From: Balanoglossus misakiensis
Lineage: Eukaryota; Animalia; Hemichordata
DNA: 64,000 nucleotides
Reading direction: 5' to 3'
NCBI GenBank assembly: GCA_040954595.2
Contig: CM082581.2
Location: 5,758,699-5,822,698 of the forward strand
Below the pieces are notes generated by a model. The model was given only the letters and a program-made list of their open reading frames with translations, made no database searches and was not told the origin of the DNA. A program made the translations under genes and the position numbers. This document shows positions 1 to 11,600 of the stretch, piece after piece (position 1 is the stretch's first letter; each line of letters begins with the position of its first letter).

Positions 1-2996
1 AGTTGATTTAATTTTAAAACTCTAAATGGAAAACTGAGCTGTACACAAAATTTAAAAGGCCAAGTGGTATTCGTCTAAATTCTTTGATATGCACATTTTA
101 CATCAGTATATTGTTAAAATTGGAGTAATAAACAGTGTTATTGAGTCTGAGTATTGACTTTCCAGGGTACGTGTTAGTGCAGGAGTATTGAGTATTGTGT
201 ACATGAAAAATACATACTCTACTCTGTGTTTAATTTTATTTCAAAACATGTACATGTATATATATAATCATAATTTACATGTGGTGTTGATATGAAAAAT
301 GACATCGTCAGCTGAGAAGTGCAGGGCTGATATTTAAACCATTTCAAGTTAGAAGTCACTACAATCCAACTTTACAAATTTGATTTCGTCACACTCTCAT
401 TAAAGTGAAATTTTCTCTAATTTTCAGGGTTTTTTTTCTTCCCCATTGCCGCGGTGTTTGCTGTGATATTGAACAGCTCTGCCCATTAGCTGACCCCAAG
501 GTCAACCAATCAATAGTAATCAAGCATTTCTGGTTTCTATTTTATTAAATTCATCAAAGTCCTATAGCTGCCACAATTGTCGATACGACTCTCCAGAAAT
601 TGAACACTGCATAAATTTAAAGTTTTTTTTGTGGTCATGTAGTTGACCTTAGAGTTGACCTATCTCGGGTGACATTGAACTGCCCTCCAGAACCGGGAGG
701 GTTTCCAATTATATATAGTATACTTCAAGGTGAAGCAATGTGTGAAAATGGGGCCCTGTGTTCAGAAATCCGACAAAAACAGTGAGTTTTATGCTGGGAA
801 AATAATTTTTTATCATGCACTCACATTAAGAGTGTCTAAAATTTAAGTTGCGTCAGACGTCATAATGCTTAATAAAAGAGTTGTTTTTAAAAAACCACTG
901 CGTAAATTTGACATTTTATTTAGTCATCCTAATACACGTGAGTCAGCAATTACTTTGTAGCAATACTTGGAAACTACAATTTTTTTTTCTGGTTCAGAGG
1001 TCGAGCTGGCAAAGAATTATGTACTTTTATCGACCTGTCTGTCTGTCTGCCCACGCTGCTTGCCAAGGGTAAATCCCCTTCTATTTCTGGCGTTGATGTG
1101 ATATTGTCAGAATTTTTTTTTTCCTTTGCTTTTATAGCGTTCCAAGTAAAAGCAACGCAAAACGTTTAATTATTAATTTTCTAAATGAAAAGATTTTGAT
1201 TAATATCAGCATTTCTGCCCAGGATTAAATGCAACAAGGTAATAAAAGCTGCTCCTTCTGTGATACAGCAAATAAATATCCTGGGAACTTTGAACAGTGT
1301 GAAGAGGTGGTGGTTGGTATTTTATATGTTGTTAATATTTGACAGAGATTACTGTAATGGTCAGCTTCGCCAAATGTTGAAATAAATACCACTTTTGGGA
1401 ATCTCAACTGGATGATATTAAAATCTGTTAATTATTAGACCAGTCATGAATATCATTTAGAATTTTGGCACCATGATATTCTAAATCTTAAAGACATATG
1501 TACATTGTATATAAAGTTATAGAAATGAAGTTTGTTATAAATAAATATTCTGTGATTTTGTTGCTATATTGTAACTTAACATTCAAAAAGCACGTGTCCT
1601 TGCTTTTAACTAGATTGAAGTGTGCATGAGTACACATGGGTTGGTCAGTTATGTGAATAATAAAAAAACCCAGGGCTTTAGGAAGGTTTATATGAGCCCT
1701 TCACCTTTCAAGCAAGGGGCCTCACCTTTTAAGGACAAATAACTAGAAGACAGTGAGTCTTTGTTTGCTTGTGGACATGCTCCGTAGTGTGACAGAAGGG
1801 TTTGGCCTTTAATCTCAGCATTTGCCCCAATTTTTTCTGGCTCCTTCAGACATGAACACACACGTTTGTTTTTTGTGGGATTTTTTTTTTTTTTCACACT
1901 GGCCTGCCACTTCGGTGGTCATTTTTCTTGCAGAGACCTTTGATTCGAGCAGAGTCCAAAAACAGAACGCTTGGCATAATTATTAGGAGTACCTATACAC
2001 GTGCGACTGAATTTTTCATGATACGGCCAGCTGGGCAAGTAGTTTTGTCGGTCAACATTTGCCTTTCAGCTAGCAGAAAAAAAGTTCAGTTTTTTAAATT
2101 TACATTTTCGTCGTGGTCAGACCTGCCCCGAGTTGTAAATTACCGTCGGCGTCAATAATTAGTTGCCTGGTGCATAAATTCATGAGTGCTGGCTGCACCC
2201 TGCAATGTAAAGTCGAAACAGGTACGGACATGTGGGGGTGCAGTTTAAAAGGCCAACAAGGTAGGCGCAATTAACAACAATGGTCTTTAACATCACCATG
2301 GTAGTATTGTGTCTGGCGGTAACCCGGCCCTCCTCGATTCCACCAAACCATGTGACTGCCTGCACATGCTTGCTGTGCACATGGCCTTTGTTATTTACGC
2401 CGTCAATGGTATTCAAGCGAAAAATGCTGGCAATCAACTTCCGTGGACGGGCTTCAATCAAGGCCCGCTTTGAAAATTAAATTCTAATCATCACCTGCAG
2501 CCTGCATTTTTTTTGCCGACGGCGTTGCATGGTCTCATCCAAGTTTTTTAATTTCTGTATAAATGTCTGTATGGTCAAATATATTACGTAATTTAAAAGA
2601 AGTTTAATAGCTGAAGAAGGCTCATTAAAATCCCGACTGCCATGAACTTAAATACACTGGGATGATCATTATTTTTAAGAGAAAATTTCCGCATTGTGTC
2701 AGGAACCTGTCGATTGACTATAAAACGCAGTGACTTCACAGCATGCTGACCCATATATCTAGGAGTACTAAGGGTATTTGTCATAAAATAAAGGCCGTTA
2801 TTTTGTTTGCCTTGAAATGCAGACAATGGCTGTTCAGGCAGCTGGTCAACCATAAAGCATACATTTCTCGCTTTACAATCTGGTGTTTGATGTTGGCAAA
2901 AGAAAAGCTGCCAGTCGGACTGTATTTGCTCACAGAAAAAAATAAATACACAAATTTAACCAGGCCTTATACAATACAGTTGCAGCTACACTTTTT

Positions 2997-4977
2997 AGGG
3001 TTTCGAGACCAGAGGGGTCTCGAAACCCTCTTGAAATCGTGTTGTTTTTTATTATTATTATTCTTCTTCCCACTATTAAAAACAGCCGCTATTCGAAGAC
3101 CGTTGCACCCAATGACTTGAAATTTGGCTCATAGGTAAAACTCAAAGCAAGTAATTTTCTGATCATGTCACTATGGCAACAGGTCACATGACCTGGCAGC
3201 CATATTGGATTTAAACTTTTAAATTGGTCTCATTTGCATAAAAAATGACGAATCCAAATTCTGTTCAGAAACTTTGTGGACCATATGGCCAGGGTCCTCT
3301 ATGCCAAATTTCAATGTCTAAGTCCTTGCCGATTTTGAGGAGATGATTTTTAAAGCATTATTTTTCATATTTTCCATGACCATTGGACCCAGCCATTGGC
3401 CTATACTTTCCATGGTTAAGCTATGGCCCCCTAGGATTTTAGATTTATGCCCAAGATCTCAACATCCGCTGGGCTGATCAGCTTCAAATTTTGTGTGCAG
3501 CTAGCCTACCTTCCGACAATCAGTTCCAACTGAAAAAAATAATATGAAAAATCGACCGATTTTTTTATATTAATTTTTTTTATGAAATCTATACCTATAC
3601 TTATTCCACTATACTTAAGCTATGGCCACATCTTTTTGTAGAATTCTGGTCTGTGCAATAGTCCTATCGGCTATTGTGCAGCATAGGACCAAAATAAGAA
3701 GCCAAATTTAAGGCTCACCTGTGACACCTGCTTAACTCATTAACTATGTGCATACCTAATTCCAGGCAAACCAATAGGGCTACAGGTCTGGTTTTTGTCA
3801 GAAATGGATCAGTATGGGGTCAATTTTTTTCCCCAAATTTTGGGTGACCTTGGGTGACATTTGACCTACTTTCGCATATCTCAGCATCCAGAGCAGGTAC
3901 AGCTTAGGTGTTTGGGTGGATGGGACCAAAATAAGAAGCCAAATTTAAGGCTCACCTGTGACACCTGCTTAACTCATTAACTATGTGCATACCTAATTCC
4001 AGGCAAACCAATAGGGCTACAGGTCTGGTTTTTGTCGGACATGGACCAGTATGGGGTCAAATTTTCCCCCCAAATTTTGGGTGACCTTGGGTGACCTTTG
4101 ACCTACTTTCGCATACCTCAGCATCCAGAGCAGGTACAGCTTAGGTGTTTGGGTGGATGGGACCAAAATAAGAAGCCAAATTTAAGGCTCACCTGTGACA
4201 CCTGCTTAACTCATTAACTATGTGCATACCTAATTACAGGCAAACCAATAGGGCTACAGGTCTGGTTTTTGTCGGACATGGACCAGTATGGGGACAAATT
4301 TTTTTCTGAAACTTTGGATGTTCTTGGGTGACCTTTGACCTACTTTCACATACCTCAGCATCCAGAGCAGGTACAGCTTAGGTGTTTGGGTGGATGGGAC
4401 CAAAATAAGAAGCCAAATTTAAGGCTCACCTGTGACACCTGCTTAACTCATTAACTATGTGCATACCTAATTACAGGCAAACCAATAGGGCTACAGGTCT
4501 GGTTTTTGTCGGACATGGACCAGTATGGGGACAAATTTTTTTCTGAAACTTTGGATGTTCTTGGGTGACCTTTGACCTACTTTCACATATCTCGGCATCC
4601 AGAGCAGGTACAGCTTAGGTGTTTGGACAGACGGGACCAAAATAAGAAGCCAAATTTTAGAGTCACCTGTGACACCTGCCTAACTCATTAATTATGTGCA
4701 TACCTAATTCCAGGCAAACCAGTAGGGCTACAAGTCTGGTTTTTGTTGGACATGGACCAGTATAGCGTAACAATTTTCTGCTTATATTAAGCGTGACCTC
4801 ACGTGACCTTTGACCTACTTTTCGACAACTCAGCATCCACAGCACATACACCCTTGGCATTTGGAGTGATAGAACAACTAATGCAGTAATTAAATATGCA
4901 CAAATCTATCTCCGATAGCGAACCAATAGGGCTAGTAGTGTCTCGAAACCCGCTTATTGCTGTTCACAGCTATATTT
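2997..4977 (+). mobile_element. Non-autonomous Helentron/Helitron-associated element (HINE/DINE-1-like) with internal tandem repeats
   Basis: 5' hairpin AGGGTTTCGAGACC (2997-3010) / GGTCTCGAAACCCT (3016-3029), followed by a (TTA)n/(TTC)n tract. The inverted subterminal repeat GTCTCGAAACCC recurs at 4940-4951, followed by a small palindrome GCTGT-TC-ACAGC (4959-4970) and a T-rich end. The flanks are T-rich and no TSD is visible. This layout matches HINE/DINE-1 elements. Confidence 0.8.
3686..4870. repeat. Tandem array of about 5 copies of a 237-bp unit inside the HINE
   Basis: The unit start GGACCAAAATAAGAAGCCAAATTT occurs at 3686, 3923, 4160, 4397 and 4634, exactly 237 bp apart. The fifth copy is more diverged. 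Confidence 0.97.
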
Positions 4978-7900
4978 AACCTTGTCTCAATAAATCGGTA
5001 TATTTTGCGTGAACATGTCAGTTTTAAAGCCATCAGCCCAGTTTGATATGTCGCAATGTTGTTTCATATGGAAGTGTGAATAATTTCTATGGCAGCAAAG
5101 CAAGCGAGATAAGAATCTGACACGTTTCGGCTTTGTGATTTTAGTGGAAACTGCATTTTTCATGAGGAATGTTCACTTCGGGGACCTGGCTCCTATTTGT
5201 TACTTGTGGCGGAATTTTCTCAGCCTGGTCGATCAACCAAATGACTACAAGTAGCCCGGAATTTGAACAGACAATCAAATACACCCACATTATGTACTTT
5301 TTACGAACAGCGTCTGGAAATATCTGTACTGTTCTACACATTCAGCTCAGTTGGTTTCTCCACAGAGCACTATCCACCCTCATTTTCTTCCCAACCATTC
5401 AAATGACTATCACAATATTTTCCTTTTATTCAAAACTAAAATTTTTTTCAATCAAGAAAATGAATGCAATGATCGAAGAAAATGGTTTCATATTGTTCTG
5501 GATAATTTTCAATAAACACCGGCAGCATGCATCTTTGTTATTTTTTTTCTATAAATATAAACCATTCTGTTTAAATGGTTGCATAATGTAATACTTTTGA
5601 TAATGGCAGAACAATGTGATAGTTGGACTGTGCTGGCTGTTTCCATACTGTGTATTCCCCAGTGTTATTATTTAACTGTAAATCGGCTTGCGATTATAAA
5701 AACAAACAAAAAAAGACATGCACATTTCAGTTTGCTGGGAAATAAAAAAGAAAACATTCTTTATTTATATCTGGACATAGTTTGAAATGTAGTATTAATA
5801 CATCAATGGTTGTACATGGGTAGCAAAAAAAGAAAAACAATTATGTACACACAGGCGCAATATACACTAGAAGACTACAACAAATCATAGTCCGATCTAA
5901 ACAAGAAACACCAAATCCTGAGAATGGAGAAAAAACGACAACTAACACCAGGGGCGGGCAGGTGGGAAACTAAGTCTTTCAAAATTCACCACATAGAGTC
6001 GAGAACCACCAAATAAAAGATATGAAATGTCCCCATTTCCGCTAAGAGAAGCAAGCCATCCCAGAATTCAAACCTAACCATTCAAAGCAAGCTAAAACCT
6101 GGCCATCATTATGATAAAACTATGGCTATTTTTTTTTCTTCTGCTTTTTTTTTTGTCTTTAAATTTTTTTGTAAGTGTTTGTCTTTACATATGTTTGCTT
6201 TGTACACATAAATTACATGCTCAAATATACAATTGAAGAGTGCTGGCTTAAAATTACACCGTCCATTTTACAGATCAAATGTTGTTGCTACCAGCATCTG
6301 CTGTGAGAGGAAAGATAGTTGACAGTACAGATGGCCAGGGTGGTGCGGGCCTGGCCTCTGTACGCAACATACGATGCAACATTCAAATTTACAGGAAAAA
6401 AGTTTCTAGATATTGGTAATATCTGGTTTGCTAAAAAGTCTATGATATAAATAGCACCATATAAAAGCTCCCTGATCAAAAAATTACTCTCTAAAATCCA
6501 GGAGAATGTTGAAAATCTATAGCTTTGTTCTGTCGGTTCCGGTAAAACTGCAGCTAATATTTTAAGAAGTCAAAAAATTGCTTTCTGCAACATGCATAAA
6601 AACTAACACATTTTGAAATGGAACATGATAGCTCTCACAAAATACATCTAAAAAAACCCAACTTTTTTTAAATACACATTGTTGCATGTTCTGTGTTTGC
6701 ATTCATCCCTATTTCGAAATAAGCACAAAACATTCGGAGATATAACGAGGCCGGCGGAGGAGCCATTTTGTAATAATGACAATTTGCAGCCAAGCGAACG
6801 TGCGAACTAGAAAAAAGACTACTGCAAAAATTCAGTCCTAATCCCGGAGAAAGTGTCGTCTGCAAACGCCGGACAATCGCTGTGGGATTATGCACTGACA
6901 GTAGCCGTGTTTTATACCTGGAGATATTTCCCACTTTCTTCCACAAGAAACAAAGAATCACAAGGCCAGCTTGATTTTTCTTAACCCCAGCGGTGAAATC
7001 TCACAATGGACATTTTTTTGCAAGTTCCGGACTTGTTGTCTTGGTTTAGTGGACCAACGAGCTTAAAACAGCTGGCTCCCAAAAAAGCAGTCCAATTCAG
7101 CTGACACAGATGTTGGCCAACTGGCGAATCCAACTAAGTTTTTTTCTTCTTCCTCTTATAAATACAAAATCAGGTTTCAATACAGATATAAAATTCAAGT
7201 GCCTTTTTTGGAATGTTTATTTTTATGGTTTGTGCACTTTTAATAGAAGGGAAAATTAAAGACCTGCATTCTGTGTTGGACACCAGTGGATCAAACTGAA
7301 TTTGAAATCAACCGTCTTTTTTCAATAACTAAACCTTTTGTGTGATTTTGAGGAGCAATCTCTGAGGCTCTGGTCTGGCATCTTTTCCAATCCCCAACAA
7401 AAGATCCCCTTTTACCCCTGCAGAATACTAGTGTCTTTTTTTTCAACTTTTGTACTGATAAAGATTTGAGAAGATTTGGACAAAAGTTGTATGCAAACAA
7501 ACTTTCACAAGGGGGGAAGCTACTTAAAGGTTTTAGGGAGGGAGGGGGAGGGGGGAGGGGCTCACACTGTACAGTGCAAAATCCACACCTAGCTAAGCGA
7601 TCAACACCACTTTAGAAGCGATATAAAATGCAACAATACGAGGCAATTAGGCTTTTAATTGGTCCCAATTTGATTGAGAAATATCGGAGGGGGAGGGGGG
7701 GGGGGAGATGGTAGCAAAACTTGTAGAAACAGGATGCTAGCGGTAGACACTGTTGTAATACAGCCGTATAATTATATAATGCTGAAAGCATTTGTTGCGT
7801 GTGCTAATCCCATGGATTAAAATTGAATTCTATTCAAGATCTTATAAACAGCAGACTTGATATTAACGTAACCAGCAATGTCACTCTTCACTACCGGCTG

Positions 7901-8661
7901 TTGTGGTAATAAGCAATATTGCCTGTTAGACAAAAAATTTAAGTGCTCTTGTCTTGAAGCACTGATTTCAGTATGTTTTGCCCATACAACCTCTATGGGG
8001 CTTGTCCAATGATATTATAATCTGCATCCCTTGATGCATGGATGATCTCGAAAGGTATTTTTCATGCTACTTATCTGACGCAAGTCGGGTTAATCTAGAG
8101 AGATGGCACAAACTGAACCATAACTGAACTTTCTGCTCTTTGAAGAGAAAAAACAAACAACAAAAAACAACAGCAACTTGCAGTTTTCCTAATCTCAATT
8201 AATTAATGCTGTCGCTAATTTTTTGCACTTTTTTCGAAAAACGTGTTCATTTCAATAAAACATCAAGTATCACAGGAGAAATCACAAATAAACATTTTTT
8301 TCCCCCACCTAGTTGACAAACACCGTTCAACTAATAACAAAAAAAATGTCAGCTCGTGTTTGGCAAAACCTGATGCACCTCCATGTTGCTGTAAAGTTCG
8401 TCTCTGCTGTGACTGGTGTTCGTTGACGGCAGGTGTGTGTTATTAGACACCGTGGGCAGCTGCATCGAAGGGAAATATTTCAGCTAATACTGTACTTCTT
8501 TCTTGGCTCTTCTCCAAAGTCAAGTCTACACTGTTCTTCTTCACGACCTTCCACTATACCAAGCTTTGCCAGACCATTGCAGCATTCAGTATACACAGTT
8601 CCAACATTATTTTCAACGGGTTGACTTCAAAACCATCCTAATAAAGCTTCCCCCCGGCCCC

Positions 8662-11600
8662 CTATGCGACGACCATTTTGATACTGTTCAGTGTGTATCC
8701 ACCGTCGCTGCCGTTCGTCTCAACGCTGCTCCTCTCGTCAGAGTCACTGTGGCTAGTATATCCGAGAATATCAACTTCATCTAAAAGAAGAAAAAATAGA
8801 AGAAGAAAAAATATGAATAATGACATCTACTATGTTGGCCTATTTGACAATGTACACATATTTAACTGGTCAATAACACATAGCACATGGCCACTGCAAT
8901 TCAGGACCAAGGTCTTTGTTGACAAAGATGGCAACTTCGACTTGGGTCTAAACTGAGATCTTGAACGCAACCAAACTGACACTTTCTACACGATCATCAT
9001 CATGGCGAGCCTGGGCCACGCAATGGACACATATCAAGACATTGAGCTACACAATGTGGGGGTACTCTATTTGTTATGCAAATGAGTACTTATGTTGATT
9101 TCTCCAGGGTTGCCGGCAACCAACCATTTTGCAGCGAGTCTGTAAATTCCACATGCTGACTGAACCAACAGAATCAATCTCCCCCCCCCCCCTCCCCTTT
9201 TGTTGAGACTCTGTTGTACCTGGATGACTTCCAGATTGTAAACGTACCTTTTTCTGAATCATCAGAATACCCTGTACTGTCTTGTCTCGGCTTCCGCCTG
9301 TAAGTGTGTGGCGTTCTCACGGCTAGCTGTTCGAGTCTTCGCTTCAGGAACCTCTGCTCTCGGAACAACTGGTCTTTCTGCTGCGCCGCTTTCTTGTCTT
9401 TATCTTCTAAATTCTGTTCACGAAAAAAAAAACACACGCAAAAAAAAAAACCCAGTGAAACTTGTGATTCGCGTCGCAAATCCTCTGATGTACACTCTCA
9501 CATGAAACACCGTTTTATATTCAACCGCATCCATCTGGTATACATTACTTTTCTATTGTCGCACATTCGAAACATAAAAAAAAAAATACTGTATCTGTGA
9601 TTTAAATGTTACGTCAATCATACTGTCATGATCTGATCTGATCTTCTCTGATCTGAAAGCTGCCTCCGACTGATGCCTTTCATTGAAAAACCGCTCACAT
9701 TACACATGTGCGCTGACATTTCATTGATAAGGGATCAGTCGTCACCATGGCAACAAAACCGGTTATAAACAGCTGGGTGATACGACTTGACAGCGGATGA
9801 AATGAAACCAATCACAGTCACACGTTGATAAGGCATTCTGAGATGGTGTCTGCGGCCAGGCAGAATTTTTTTTTTTTTATAAATCAGGGAAAAAAAAACG
9901 CAAAAGGAATAATTTTACCTTGATGAAAGATTTGGCCTTGGTAAGCAGACCAAGTGTGGTGTGTCTTGAGGCTTCAGTGCCAACTGGGACAATTTCTTTT
10001 AACCTTTCAAGGCAATTTCGGAGGTGCGCTCTCCTGCAATGACACAGAAAGTGACGAGGTGAAAAAAAAAAAAAACTGACAGCTAGCTGACCCAAAGAAT
10101 CTCTGGGATAGGTTTTGAATAAATAAAAAAAGCCATTGTTACAGCTCAGGTCATGCAATCTCAGTGCTTTAAATTTACAGATTGACATTATGTAACAAAG
10201 CATCCAGGGGCGAAAGTTTTGAAAGATTATTATCAGAGACGACAGCTGGATTATACTCTTTCCTCCCTCATGGCGTGTGTGTAACACATATTTCCCCCAA
10301 ACAATGACCAGATTCATTCCCAGCACCCCGGGTGACCTTGACCTGCATTTACTCCCAGGTAATCCAAATGTGCACTGACAGTTTTCATTGATGAATTGAA
10401 ACGCCGAAATTTCCGAAACAATGGCCAAGACATTCCGAAGACCTCGATCTCACTGTGAAATGATGCAACCAAAAACCAGGCGAGACAAACGCAAGTCGCA
10501 TTATCATGTCGGGGCATTATATATAGAAGTACCTAGATCGGTTAATTAACCCTTCAACCAAACTATGAAAACCCGGCCGACTTGATTTACAACACTAGCA
10601 GATGGGAATTTGCAAAGTGTCGGATCACAAATCCAAACTGACAGCAAATAAAAAAGCCACAATCATCACATACACAGTGACACACAAAAAGAAAAAAAAA
10701 ATCTGCAAATATGTCGGCCTGCTGACAGAGAAAGCCTGCACTCGCTGGACCTTGAAAACTCATCATTTGGCTAAGTCAATAAAACAACGCCACTCACATA
10801 CAGAACGGACTGCCCTACTTGTCAAGTCACCCTGCTATTTATATCCATCTGTAATCTTACCAAACTATAAGTCACCCACCACAGCCAAACCTGTCATGCA
10901 GAAGAGAGATTTGAATACCACCCCTGTCTAGATGTGGCATTTTTTTAAGCGTGAAAAATAAAACAAAACGGTCATTTAAATTGCAAATTACAGGCACTCT
11001 CCCAAATTAACACCATTAATGATTGCCAACAGTGAGGCCAAAACATTTTTTTTTTGTCCATGGCTCTTTCGCTGTTTTTAAATGGTTGTTTTTTTAAGTA
11101 CCATAATAGCTATTTGCACATTATGTCAACTTCAATCAATACACAAATGTTAACCCCAATTCTGTTGTAGATGGTATTCATCTGATCAATCTAATTCTGT
11201 TTGTAGAAACTTCAATTTCAAAAGTGGAATTTTTTGTCAGGAAAAATTTGACATAAAGTATTCGTTCTAGCAAAAGTTAAAAATCTAGAATGTTTTTTTT
11301 ATATCCATCCTCTTATGTATTAAAACAAAGAAAGGATATTTGCAGAGAAAGTATCTCTGGGGGCGAATTTAATTATACAAGAGAGAATGAGATTCAATAT
11401 TGAAACAAAGCCCCCAGTACCCGGGTAATGGGAAAGTTGACCTTTCCACCGGAATACATACAGTATTCGCGGATTGAAAACTGAGGAAATTAGTTTACTG
11501 CCGCGCTCACGTACACACAGGCAAATATCCTTCACCTGTTCAAGCTGTGACACCGTTGAACTTGAAAGTGGTTTGACCTAAAACGATATGAATGCAGGTA

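Noticed and set aside
480-760. Possible second HINE fragment with TTGACCT motifs
   Set aside because: It shares only short motifs with the 237-bp unit, and no termini could be identified.
3686-4870. Regularly spaced repeats as a CRISPR array
   Set aside because: The entire 237-bp unit repeats with no unique spacers, there are no cas genes, and the context is eukaryotic.
9877-10428. 183-aa ORF as a stand-alone gene
   Set aside because: Only 9919-10033 is coding (the Mxd HLH exon). The rest is intron read-through.
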